Below, piece by piece: positions 36,759 to 46,279 of a stretch of 64,000 nucleotides of DNA. A model generated the notes under the pieces. It was not told where the DNA came from. It saw nothing but the letters and a program-made list of their open reading frames with translations, and searched no databases. The stretch comes from Bacteroidales bacterium (GTDB lineage Bacteria > Bacteroidota > Bacteroidia > Bacteroidales > UBA12077): contig JAKSCO010000069.1 in the NCBI GenBank assembly GCA_022360575.1, positions 4,702 through 68,701 of the forward strand, read 5' to 3'. The position numbers were made by a program, and so were the translations under genes. Each line of letters begins with the position of its first letter. Position 1 is the first letter of the stretch.

Positions 36759-37709
36759 CTAAACCCTACTAATAATTACTATATTTTTGCCTTTACTATG
36801 ACCTTTCTGCGCATAATCGTGAGCAGCCACAATATCATCTAAATTAAATATCTTATCTATTTTAACTGTTAGTTTTTTATTATTTATCCATTCCGAAATT
36901 ATTTCTAGGTCAGAACTACTATGCTTCATTAACAAGGTTTTTGCTTTCTTTGATTTAGTAAATAATTGAACCAGTTTATGTAGTAATATCTTAGGTCGAG
37001 GCAAAGTATTGACATATATCCCCTTTGGATTTAACACTTTCAGACATTTAATAAAATCATAACTTCCTGCAACATCAAATACAACATCAACTCGCTCTGT
37101 CAAATCAAAAATACTTTCTGCTGTGTAATCAATATATCGATCTGGATTAAATTGCTGAACAAACTCTTTACTGGTATTTCCCGAAACAGCAATTACTCTT
37201 GCTCCTAATATCTTAGCAATCTGAACAGCCACATGCCCAACCCCTCCCGAAGCTCCGTTTATTAAAACCGTTTGTCCTGGTTTCAAGTTTGCTTTATCTC
37301 TTAAAGCTTGCAAGGCTGTTAACGAAACCAAGGGAAAAGCAGCAGCTTCTTCTATTGAAATATCAGCAGGCTTTATATTAAAACACTTCTCAGTTCCTAC
37401 AGCAAATTCAGCTAATGCTCCTCCATATTTGTTGTCCAAAACTCCATAAACAATATCACCAACTTTAAACTTACGAACATCTCTGCCCACATCAACTACC
37501 TCTCCACACACATCATATCCTAATATTATTGGGAAAGGCGAACCTAGTATATATTTATGATTCCCTTTTCTTTGTTTCCAATCTATAGGATTTACTCCAT
37601 GAATAAATACCTTTATTAATATCTGATTCTTCCCCATTTTAGGTTTATCAACCTCTTTAATGTTAAAAACATTTGGGTTCCCAAATTTCTTTATTATTGC
37701 TGCTTTCAT
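36759..37709 (-). CDS. medium-chain dehydrogenase/reductase family NAD(P)H quinone-oxidoreductase-like protein
   Basis: GVNPIDWK, GYDVCGEVVDVG, and the GASGGVGHVAVQIAK nucleotide-binding loop. Confidence 0.8.
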   Translation of the reverse strand: MKAAIIKKFGNPNVFNIKEVDKPKMGKNQILIKVFIHGVNPIDWKQRKGNHKYILGSPFPIILGYDVCGEVVDVGRDVRKFKVGDIVYGVLDNKYGGALAEFAVGTEKCFNIKPADISIEEAAAFPLVSLTALQALRDKANLKPGQTVLINGASGGVGHVAVQIAKILGARVIAVSGNTSKEFVQQFNPDRYIDYTAESIFDLTERVDVVFDVAGSYDFIKCLKVLNPKGIYVNTLPRPKILLHKLVQLFTKSKKAKTLLMKHSSSDLEIISEWINNKKLTVKIDKIFNLDDIVAAHDYAQKGHSKGKNIVIISRV

Positions 37710-37947
37710 AACCTTAAAATTTAAAATTTAAAGATACACTAAAGATTGTTTAAAAAATACTTTTCAAGACTAAGCTTTGGTTTTTAGTTAGAAAAGAAAA
37801 CTCTATTAATATAATATCGAACATACCATTCTATAGTAGAATCACGTTATTGGACTATATTTATAATTTTAGTCTAAAAATTATGACTTTTCAGAAATTT
37901 TCGCTTATTTTTATTATTTAGTTTACATCATTGAATATTTTCTATTA

Positions 37948-39048
37948 ATGAACATTGATACAACTTTTTGGTTTTTCGACAGGATTAGTGAAGATAACTT
38001 GTGCTTATTATACAACGGTAATTTCAGTGATGAAATTACCAATAAAGTTATCGAACTAAGCGAGTACAATATAAGAAATAATGTTTCTCTTTCTAAATTA
38101 AAGAAAAAGACTTCATTTCTTATGGCTGAATGTTTTCAGAACATTGTTCGACATGGAGAAACAGAAAACAAAGACGGACATATAAATCAAGGGTTTTTCT
38201 TAACCAAAAACTGGCAAGGAGTTTATTATATAACATCAGGTAATTTAGTAGAAAATAAAAAAATTGATGAACTAAAGCAACAACTCGAAAAGGTTAACAG
38301 TTTAAGCAAAGAAGAATTAAAACAATTATATCGTAACGTTTTAGCAAACCAAGAAATATCTGAAAAAGGAGGTGCTGGCTTAGGACTAATTGAAATGGCT
38401 CGGAAATCAGGTCAAAAAATCAGCTATCATTTTAAAGATTTCAATTCTAAGTTTTCTTTCTTTTACAATCAGATTGTTTTATTAGCCAACGAAATTGACT
38501 TTCCTAAAAGTTCATGTTCTTTCGAATTGAGCGAAGCCATTGCATATCACGAAAAAATGTCAGCTCACAATATTTGGGTCATACACAAAGGCGATTTTTC
38601 TCAAGAATCAATATTTCCTGTATTGAAAATAATCGAAGAAAATCTTCAAAAAGAAAAAAAAGATGCTGGATACAAAAAAAAGATGTATCATATACTTGTT
38701 GAACTATTACAAAACATCAGCAGGCATTGTTATATAGCCGAAGAAAAGAAAGAAGGCATCTTTATGATTGGAGAACAAAAAGGTTATTTTGTTATCAATA
38801 CTGGAAATCTTATTGAGAACAGCAATATCCCTACTCTTGAAAAACAACTAAATCAAATAAATAGTTTAAACAAAAAAGAACTGAAAGCTTTATATCTGGA
38901 AAAACTGAGAGAACGAAGCACTCCATTAAAAGAAGGAGCAGGAATTGGGCTTATAGATATAGCTCGTAGAATAATTTCGCCCATTAATTATTCTATTCTC
39001 AGAATAAACGATACTAAATCTTTTTTAACAATTAATGTTATTGCTTAA
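37948..39048 (+). CDS. tandem-duplicated SiaB-like (DUF6272, GHKL-fold) protein kinase
   Basis: Two ~180-aa halves share the same pattern: ...CFQNIVRHG...SGNLVENKKIDELKQQLEKVNSLSKEELKQLY...GGAGLGLIEMARKSG and ...LLQNISRHC...TGNLIENSNIPTLEKQLNQINSLNKKELKALY...GAGIGLIDIARR. Confidence 0.6.
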   Translation: MNIDTTFWFFDRISEDNLCLLYNGNFSDEITNKVIELSEYNIRNNVSLSKLKKKTSFLMAECFQNIVRHGETENKDGHINQGFFLTKNWQGVYYITSGNLVENKKIDELKQQLEKVNSLSKEELKQLYRNVLANQEISEKGGAGLGLIEMARKSGQKISYHFKDFNSKFSFFYNQIVLLANEIDFPKSSCSFELSEAIAYHEKMSAHNIWVIHKGDFSQESIFPVLKIIEENLQKEKKDAGYKKKMYHILVELLQNISRHCYIAEEKKEGIFMIGEQKGYFVINTGNLIENSNIPTLEKQLNQINSLNKKELKALYLEKLRERSTPLKEGAGIGLIDIARRIISPINYSILRINDTKSFLTINVIA

Positions 39049-39050
39049 GC

Positions 39051-39428
39051 ATGCTTACTAAATTAGAAATTAGAGAAACACGAGAGACTCCATATATTTT
39101 ATTAGATAAAGAAAAAAATATTTTCAAAATTGAAGGTAATTCTTTGCCCGAAAACGCAAATCACTTTTTTCTTCCTATTTTTAAATGGCTTGACAAATAC
39201 AGTTTATCTCCGAATAAAGAAACTCACCTAATCTGCGATTTAGAATATTTCAATTCATCTTCGGCTAAATTAATCTATGAGATATTTTTAAAACTTGAAA
39301 AAATAAAAACAAACGAAACTAAAGTATGGATCTCTTGGTTTTTCGAATCAGGAGATGTATTAATTGAAGAAAAAGGTCTTGAATATAAATCAATCCTTTA
39401 TATCCCTATGGAGATTGTTGAAAAATAA
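39051..39428 (+). CDS. SiaC-like DUF1987 protein (partner-switch phosphoprotein)
   Basis: TPYILLDKEKNIFKIEGNSLPENANHFFLPIFKWL...LEYFNSSSAKLIYEIF matches the DUF1987/SiaC pattern (TP.I.F...G.S.PEN...Y.P...W; Y.N.SS.K). It starts 2 nt after the kinase stop. Confidence 0.65.
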   Translation: MLTKLEIRETRETPYILLDKEKNIFKIEGNSLPENANHFFLPIFKWLDKYSLSPNKETHLICDLEYFNSSSAKLIYEIFLKLEKIKTNETKVWISWFFESGDVLIEEKGLEYKSILYIPMEIVEK

Positions 39429-39452
39429 ATTCATTTTTCAACAAAGTTTCTG

Positions 39453-40016
39453 TTATTCTCTAATAATCTTGAACTCTCCACCATTACCTAACTTAATAAT
39501 ACTTGATGCTTGTGATTTCGAAAAATCATCTTGTTTCCAATCTACAACATAGTCAACCAACTTAAGTAATTCTTGATTGATTTCAGAAAAATTTTGGGGC
39601 GCATTTTGCCCACTAATATTTGCAGAAGTACTAACTATTGGCTTTCGAAAACGCTGTATTAATCGTTGACAAAAATCATCGTTCGGAATACGAATACCAA
39701 TACTTCCGTCTTCAGAAACCAGATTAAGAGCTAAATTCTTAGCATCATTATATATTATAGTTAATGGTTTTGTAGCAAAATCAATCAAATCCCAAGCAAC
39801 ATCAGGAACACTACCAACATACGAAGGTATTTTCCCCGCATTATCAAGCAATATCAAAAGACTTTTCTGATCATTTCTTTGTTTGATCTTATAAATTCGA
39901 TCAACAGCCTCTTCATTTGTAGCATCACAACCCAAGCCCCAAATCGTATCTGTCGGATACAAAATCACTCCGCCTTGTCGCAATACTTCTATAGCTTTAT
40001 CAATATCATTTTTCAT
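39453..40016 (-). CDS. tsaC: L-threonylcarbamoyladenylate synthase (YrdC/TsaC type)
   Basis: GGVILYPTDTIWGLGCDA, KQRNDQKSLLIL and VSTSANISG motifs. Confidence 0.8.
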   Translation of the reverse strand: MKNDIDKAIEVLRQGGVILYPTDTIWGLGCDATNEEAVDRIYKIKQRNDQKSLLILLDNAGKIPSYVGSVPDVAWDLIDFATKPLTIIYNDAKNLALNLVSEDGSIGIRIPNDDFCQRLIQRFRKPIVSTSANISGQNAPQNFSEINQELLKLVDYVVDWKQDDFSKSQASSIIKLGNGGEFKIIRE

Positions 40017-40097
40017 CAGTCTATATTTTTCTTTTGATATTTAATTACTTTTTATACTTCTCTCCTGTAGGGTAATGTTTTTTTGTGACTCTAATCT

Positions 40098-41177
40098 TTA
40101 CTTTAACAAAGTTTCAACATCACCTACCACTCTATCTATAGTAAATAAATTCAACACTCTCTCACGTCCTTTCTCTCCCATTCTTTGTCTTTCGTCTAGA
40201 TTATTGGCAAAGTATTTGATTTTATCAATAGCTTCATCAATATTATTTTTCCCTATTAAGTACCCCGTTTGTTTATCCTCAATAATTTCAGGATTACTAC
40301 TTAAATTAAAAGCTATTACTGGTTTTTTCTGCAACATTGCCTCAGCCATTACATACCCAAAACCTTCCCATAAAGAAGGTAATATATAAATATCTATACT
40401 TTGCATAAATGATTCTATTTCCGAAATAAAACCAAGAAACTTTACACAATCTTGTACTTGCAATTGTTCAGCATATTTTATTGTTTCTTCTTCTAACTTA
40501 CCCGAACCTGCCAGTAATATTTTAAACTTAACATTTTCTTGCTTTAACTTAGAAGCTAAATCGATAAGAAATTTATGATTTTTTTGTTCAACAAATCGAG
40601 CTGCATTACCGATAACCAATTCTCCCTCATCTGAAGAGTACAATGTAGACTTTACAACATCTTTCTCTTCAATACCATTATAAATAACCTTAATTTTTGA
40701 TTTATCAAACAAATTTAAATTATGCTCAAGAATGGTATCTTTTGTTTTTTGAGAATTCGCAATTATTTCATCAATATAGTTTTTAAATATAATCCTATTA
40801 AAGAATTTATTCTTAATAGGAATAGCACTTCCTCTTCTATAAATTGTCTTTAACACCCCTGCCTTTTTAGCTACAGGAGCTATCAGCTTTAAATCTGCTG
40901 GCAAATTGATTATTAAAGTAGAAGCTTGAGCTTGTTTTAAAATTGCTTTTATCTTTATTCTTTTAAAAACATTTAAAAAACTAAAATTGGATATTTTTAC
41001 AGGGAAACACTGTATATTTTGTTCTTTTAACCTTGTATAAAGCTCACTATCCTTATTGGTTATTGCTATTATCTTATAACCTCTGTCTTTTAGTCGTAAA
41101 GCTATATCGTAATGCCATTTTTCGCCTCCACCCCATGTTTTCGAACTATTACAAAAACATATTATTTTTTCTCTCAT
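40098..41177 (-). CDS. GT4-family (GT-B) glycosyltransferase
   Basis: C-terminal EGFGYVMAEAMLQKKPVIAFNLSSNPEIIEDKQTGYL is an E-x7-E type motif. Confidence 0.8.
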   Translation of the reverse strand: MREKIICFCNSSKTWGGGEKWHYDIALRLKDRGYKIIAITNKDSELYTRLKEQNIQCFPVKISNFSFLNVFKRIKIKAILKQAQASTLIINLPADLKLIAPVAKKAGVLKTIYRRGSAIPIKNKFFNRIIFKNYIDEIIANSQKTKDTILEHNLNLFDKSKIKVIYNGIEEKDVVKSTLYSSDEGELVIGNAARFVEQKNHKFLIDLASKLKQENVKFKILLAGSGKLEEETIKYAEQLQVQDCVKFLGFISEIESFMQSIDIYILPSLWEGFGYVMAEAMLQKKPVIAFNLSSNPEIIEDKQTGYLIGKNNIDEAIDKIKYFANNLDERQRMGEKGRERVLNLFTIDRVVGDVETLLK

Positions 41178-41922
41178 AATATTTTTGCCTAAATTTTACT
41201 TGTTTTAAAAATGTAGAATGAGCCGAATTTATACTAATTACAAATCCAGCAAAACCATCTAAAAACCCTTTTTTTATAAAATAATGTCGAATAAATTTAC
41301 TTAAAGGACTAAAGATTATCTTAACCCAATTCGGCTTTTTCCCTTTTTCTAGCATAGCTTCAGCCTTTAATTCCGAGAACTTATTTATTTGAGCTATATG
41401 TTGATGTATTGTATAAAATGAATAATGTAATAAATCTCCATCCAGAGTACTTATTGTTGTTCCCTCTTGTAGTTTTACTTTTTCATGAATCTTTTTACCA
41501 TCCCATTCTCCAACACTTTTATCCCACAATCGCATTTGTTTATCTGGATACCAACCTGTATGTTTCACCCACCTACCACAAAAATTTGTTAATCTTTTAA
41601 AATAATATGCATCATACTTCCAATTGTTTTTAGCATCTACAATGCTTTGTCTTAAATCACTACTTAAAACTTCATCTGCATCAATCGATAAAACAATAGG
41701 ATATTGTGTTTGTTTTATCGCCCAATTTTTTTGATCTGAATAGTCAGTAAAAGCTCGTTCGTAAAAAATTGCATTATATTTTAAGCATATCTCTTTTGTT
41801 TTATCTTTCGATATTGAATCAACTACAATTATTTCATCAACTATATCTTGCAATGAAACAAGACATTTTTCTATATTTTTTTCTTCGTTATATGTTATTA
41901 TAATAGCTGATATTTTTTTCAT
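41149..41922 (-). CDS. GT2-family glycosyltransferase (LPS-core type)
   Basis: ISAIIITYNEEKNIEKCL...VVDSISKDKT...SIDADE (DxD). It overlaps the GT4 gene by 29 nt. Confidence 0.8.
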   Translation of the reverse strand: MKKISAIIITYNEEKNIEKCLVSLQDIVDEIIVVDSISKDKTKEICLKYNAIFYERAFTDYSDQKNWAIKQTQYPIVLSIDADEVLSSDLRQSIVDAKNNWKYDAYYFKRLTNFCGRWVKHTGWYPDKQMRLWDKSVGEWDGKKIHEKVKLQEGTTISTLDGDLLHYSFYTIHQHIAQINKFSELKAEAMLEKGKKPNWVKIIFSPLSKFIRHYFIKKGFLDGFAGFVISINSAHSTFLKQVKFRQKYYERKNNMFL

Positions 41923-42020
41923 CTGAGTAAATTCTATTATTCATTAGTAGCTTATGTTTTTATCCTGCTAATAACTTACTGTTACCTACTAGAACTATCA
42001 ATATATACAATTGCTTTATA

Positions 42021-43001
42021 TTATTCAAAAAGCAATTGTCTTGTTTTTATTTCATGTGCACACTTAAAATGTCCTTGAGGACATTTCTTCGCTCCGTGCA
42101 AACCACAAGGACGACAATCAAGAAATTCTTCTATTTCTACAATTTTAGAACAATCAGACAAAGGACCAAAACCAAAATCAGGAACTGTTGAACAAAATAC
42201 AGCTGTTGTTTTAGCATTCATCGACGAAGCCATGTGCATTGGTGCCGAATCATTAACATAGTTCATTACAGCATTAGTCATTAATGCTGATGTTTGTAAA
42301 AAACTGAGCTCCCCACACAGATTTTTTATTTTTGTATTCTTACTATCCGAAATTATGCTATCGCAAACAGTACGATCATCTTTTCCTCCAATTAAATATA
42401 TCCTATATTCTGATCTTATCGAATCTATTAATTCTATCCATTTATCGGCAGGATACTGCTTGGTAAACCATACCGATGTAGGCGCAATACAGATATAAGG
42501 CTCGTTAGTATATTGCGATATAAGCTCAAAATCTTTTTCCGATGGGTATAATCGGGGCTTACAAATTTCATTATCGGTAATTTCAGAAATAAGATTTATA
42601 TTTCTTTCTATTTCATGATTCCCCTCTCCTATTTTATGTTTTACCTTATGATTAAACATAAACGAAAGTGGATTCTTATCAAACCCTATTTTACACTTCC
42701 CCTTTGAAAAAGTTGTTATAATACCTGTTGACAAAAACCTTTGTAGATTTATTACATAATCATATTTTGTTTCTCGGATTTGCTTAATCATCCGAAACAA
42801 ATTTTTTGTTTTATCTGTTTTTTTATCCCAAATAAGAATATTCGAAACATGAGGATGATCTTTAAGTAAACTTTCATTCCCTTTTCGCAACAAAAAATCT
42901 ATTTGATCATTAGGATAAAAATTATATAATTTTTCGATGATCGGTGTTGCTAAAATAACATCACCAATAAATGCTGTTTGTATAATTAAAAACTTTTTCA
43001 C
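42021..43001 (-). CDS. GT9-family glycosyltransferase (heptosyltransferase-like)
   Basis: KFLIIQTAFIGDVILATPIIEKL N-terminus and the ...NDSAPMHMASS... motif typical of ADP-heptose:LPS heptosyltransferases. Confidence 0.8.
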   Translation of the reverse strand: MKKFLIIQTAFIGDVILATPIIEKLYNFYPNDQIDFLLRKGNESLLKDHPHVSNILIWDKKTDKTKNLFRMIKQIRETKYDYVINLQRFLSTGIITTFSKGKCKIGFDKNPLSFMFNHKVKHKIGEGNHEIERNINLISEITDNEICKPRLYPSEKDFELISQYTNEPYICIAPTSVWFTKQYPADKWIELIDSIRSEYRIYLIGGKDDRTVCDSIISDSKNTKIKNLCGELSFLQTSALMTNAVMNYVNDSAPMHMASSMNAKTTAVFCSTVPDFGFGPLSDCSKIVEIEEFLDCRPCGLHGAKKCPQGHFKCAHEIKTRQLLFE

Positions 43002-43074
43002 CTAACTATAATATTAGAATTATCCTTTTATAATTTTCAACTCATCAAAATTATAATTACACTTTATTTGATCT

Positions 43075-43893
43075 TTAAACCGCAACATTATATTCTCTTA
43101 AAGCATCATTTAGAGATGTTTTAAGATTAGTCGATTCTTTTCTTTTTCCTATAATTAAAGCACAAGGCACCTGATATTCGCCCGCACTAAATTTCTTTGT
43201 CTGCGACCCAGGAATAACTACCGAACGAGCAGGAACAAAACCCCTATACTCTATTGGTTCGTCTCCAGAAACATCAATGATTTTTGTTGATTTAGTAATT
43301 ACAACATTAGCACCCAAAACAGCTTCTTTCTCGATATGTACTCCCTCTACTACAATACATCGCGAACCAATAAAACAATCGTCTTCTATTATTACAGGTG
43401 CTGCTTGCACGGGTTCTAATACCCCCCCAATACCAACACCTCCACTTAAATGAACATTTTTACCTATCTGAGCACAAGAACCTACAGTAGCCCAAGTATC
43501 AACCATTGTTCCTGAGTCAACATAAGCTCCAATATTTACATAAGAAGGCATCATAATTACATTTTCAGCTAAAAAAGACCCATAACGAGCTATAGCATGG
43601 GGAACAACTCTAACACCAAGTTCATCGTATCCTGATTTTAAATCCATCTTATCATGAAACTCAAACGGTCCAACCTTAGTCACTTTCATATCCTGTATTG
43701 GAAAATATAATATAACAGCTTTTTTTACCCACTCGTTTACCTGCCAATTATTATCCTTAGGCTCAGCTACTCGTAAAACACCTTTATCTAATAAATCTAT
43801 TATTTCCTTTATTGTCTTACGAACTGATTCGTCCTTCAATAAAGTTCTATCATCCCAAGCTGCTTCTACTATTTTTTTATAATCAGAGTACAT
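43075..43893 (-). CDS. dapD: 2,3,4,5-tetrahydropyridine-2,6-dicarboxylate N-succinyltransferase
   Basis: Hexapeptide-repeat left-handed beta-helix (GAYVDSGTMVDTWATVGSCAQIGKNVHLSGGVGIGGVLEP) with a DapD-type N-terminus. The start is set to the ATG at 43893 (MYSDYKK...) rather than the upstream ORF extension. Confidence 0.85.
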   Translation of the reverse strand: MYSDYKKIVEAAWDDRTLLKDESVRKTIKEIIDLLDKGVLRVAEPKDNNWQVNEWVKKAVILYFPIQDMKVTKVGPFEFHDKMDLKSGYDELGVRVVPHAIARYGSFLAENVIMMPSYVNIGAYVDSGTMVDTWATVGSCAQIGKNVHLSGGVGIGGVLEPVQAAPVIIEDDCFIGSRCIVVEGVHIEKEAVLGANVVITKSTKIIDVSGDEPIEYRGFVPARSVVIPGSQTKKFSAGEYQVPCALIIGKRKESTNLKTSLNDALREYNVAV

Positions 43894-44012
43894 AAATTTT
43901 AATATTTTGTTTTTAAAACTTTTGCGAAGATAACCAAAAAATACTAAGCGATAAAAACACATCAAACTTAATCGGGTAATATTACGTTTAAAAAAATATT
44001 GTAAGTTAAAGT

Positions 44013-44855
44013 GTGTTAAATAGAAATTTTTACAACTTTGTTAATATATATTTGATACTGTTTTTTATAATAATCATAAGACTATTGAGAAATCTGATTT
44101 TTATATTATTCTTAGTTCCCACATTGCTTAACACTTGCTTTGCTCAAGACTCAAAAGATATTCAGATATACAAAGGTCAAATTCTGAGCTCACACGATGG
44201 AAAACCTGTAGCTTTAGCTCATGTCATAAACTACACAAAAAAATGGACTGCAATTTCCGACTCCAGTGGATATTTCAAAATATGGGGAGTATCTGGCGAT
44301 TCGCTAAATATATCTGCAATAGGATTTCATTATTTCGATAAATATTCATTACCTACTAAAAACGATTCTGCAATAACAATATATCTAGATCATAAAATAT
44401 ACAAAATCCGCGAAGCCAGAATATCTCATTTAGGATCTTATCAACAATTTCAACAAAAAGTGGTAAATCTTAAATTGCCTAAGGTAGAACTCAATAAACA
44501 TGTTGAAAAAATTATCAAACATGTTGAGTACGACCCTGTAAAATCAAAACTTGCTGTAGGAGGACCTGTTTCTCTTGCTTATAATTTATTTTCAAAAGAA
44601 GCTAAAGACTTAAGAAAATATCAGAAACTCGAGAAAGAAAAACCCGAGAAAGAAAAAATGTATAATAAATTCAACGAACATATTATAAAAAATCTTACAA
44701 ATTTGAGTTTAGAGGAAGCTGTAAAGCTTATGAAATATTGTAATTTTGAAAAAAACTATATTCTTAACACTCCTGACTATGACTTATATTCTGAAATTTT
44801 AAAGAAATTCGAAGAATTTAAAAAGCAACCCTCCGATTCCTTACAATCAGAATAA
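44013..44855 (+). CDS. secreted protein with a carboxypeptidase-regulatory-like (CarboxypepD_reg) domain; start uncertain
   Basis: YKGQILSSHDGKPVALAHVINYTKKWTAISDSSGYFKIWGVSGDSLNISAIGFH is the typical beta-sandwich pattern. The likely signal peptide, RNLIFILFLVPTLLNTCFAQ, suggests a TTG start near 44085. Confidence 0.5.
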   Translation: MLNRNFYNFVNIYLILFFIIIIRLLRNLIFILFLVPTLLNTCFAQDSKDIQIYKGQILSSHDGKPVALAHVINYTKKWTAISDSSGYFKIWGVSGDSLNISAIGFHYFDKYSLPTKNDSAITIYLDHKIYKIREARISHLGSYQQFQQKVVNLKLPKVELNKHVEKIIKHVEYDPVKSKLAVGGPVSLAYNLFSKEAKDLRKYQKLEKEKPEKEKMYNKFNEHIIKNLTNLSLEEAVKLMKYCNFEKNYILNTPDYDLYSEILKKFEEFKKQPSDSLQSE

Positions 44856-44900
44856 TTAATTGTAGCTTTATTGCAATTTTAATTTAAGCTATTAAACTTC

Positions 44901-45857
44901 ATGTCATTAAAAATACCAACACTAGAAGATATTTATACTACACACAAACGAATAAAATCACTTATACACAAAACACCAGTTTTAACATCATCAAGTATTA
45001 ATAATATATTAGGAACATCAATATCTTTTAAGTGTGAGAATTTTCAGAAAGTTGGAGCATTTAAATTTCGAGGAGCAACAAATGCCTGTCTCTTGTTAGA
45101 AAAAGAAAATATTAAAAATGGGGTAACTACTCATTCTTCAGGGAATCATGCCGCAGCTTTAAGTTTAGCCGCGAAACAACTAAACACTCCGGCTTATATC
45201 GTAATGCCCGAAAATGCTCCTCTGATTAAGAAGAAAGCAGTAGCTGGTTACGGAGCTCAAATTACTTACTGTAAAGCAACATTAAAAGATAGGGAAACAA
45301 CCTTAAAACAAATTCAGAAAAAAACAAATGCCACATTCATTCATCCATACGATAATTTTGATATAATAAGCGGACAAGCTACTTGTGTAAAAGAACTATT
45401 AAAAGAAAATCCTGATTTAGATACAATTATTGTCCCCATTGGAGGAGGAGGACTAATGAGTGGAACTGCATTATACTGTAAATTAACAAACCCAAAATTA
45501 AAAATATTCGGAGCCGAACCATTAATGGCTAATGATGCATATAAATCGTATAAAAAAGGAAAACTCATTCTTGCTGATTCGCCAAAAACAATTGCCGATG
45601 GTTTACTAACTTCATTAAGTCCGTTAACATTCGAAATTATAAAAAATAATGTTGATGACATTTTTACTGTAAGCGAGCAATCAATAATAGAAGCGATGCG
45701 AATGGTTTGGGAACGAATGAAAATTATTATTGAACCATCATCTGCTGTTCCATTAGCTGCAATTATTGAAAACAAAACTATTTTTAGAAATCAGAAAGTT
45801 GGAATTATTATTTCAGGAGGAAATATCGACTTAGAAAACCTTCCTTTTAAACCATAA
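44901..45857 (+). CDS. PLP-dependent threonine/serine dehydratase-family enzyme (fold type II)
   Basis: FKCENFQKVGAFKFRGA (PLP lysine), SSGNHAAALS, and the GGGGLMSG phosphate loop. Confidence 0.8.
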   Translation: MSLKIPTLEDIYTTHKRIKSLIHKTPVLTSSSINNILGTSISFKCENFQKVGAFKFRGATNACLLLEKENIKNGVTTHSSGNHAAALSLAAKQLNTPAYIVMPENAPLIKKKAVAGYGAQITYCKATLKDRETTLKQIQKKTNATFIHPYDNFDIISGQATCVKELLKENPDLDTIIVPIGGGGLMSGTALYCKLTNPKLKIFGAEPLMANDAYKSYKKGKLILADSPKTIADGLLTSLSPLTFEIIKNNVDDIFTVSEQSIIEAMRMVWERMKIIIEPSSAVPLAAIIENKTIFRNQKVGIIISGGNIDLENLPFKP

Positions 45858-46008
45858 ATGGGCAAACAAGCGTGTCTACTTTTAATCTTCTCTAGCTCGG
45901 CGAAAAATAAGCAAGTAAATATATATTAAAAAGAACGCTCGGCGGCATTTGTAATGCCGACGTTTTATTGTCAGGCAATTTGCCATTGCTTTGCAAAAAC
46001 AAAAAACA

Positions 46009-46279
46009 ATAGCAGGAAGCTAACTCTATGCGCAGGGAGCATTTTTTAATGCCAAATCCATTAAATTCAATAGCAGGGAACCTCTACAACATTGCAGGGA
46101 GCCTTTATAGTACTCCAGGAAACTCCCACAGCATTGCAGGGAGCAGAGAATGTTATGCAAATTAGGGTCACAGTATAGCAGGGAGTCATAACACAACGTT
46201 AAAGAAACGTTTTTTCACGTCAGGGAATCAAAACTTAATAGCAGGGAGCCAATTTCATGAGCAGGGAGCATTTTTTAAC
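46009..46279. repeat. 21-bp-phased array of the 9-mer GCAGGGAGC (about 13 unit positions, 10 recognisable)
   Basis: CAGG cores at 46013, 46033, 46074, 46095, 46116, 46137, 46179, 46221, 46242 and 46262, giving spacings of 20, 41, 21, 21, 21, 42, 42, 21 and 20. Five copies match GCAGGGAGC exactly. Confidence 0.85.

Noticed and set aside
46009-46279. Possible CRISPR array (regularly spaced repeats with variable spacers)
   Set aside because: The repeat core is only ~9-12 nt and the variable part ~9 nt (21-bp period), far below CRISPR repeat/spacer sizes. The repeats are degenerate, and there are no cas genes or leader in the window.
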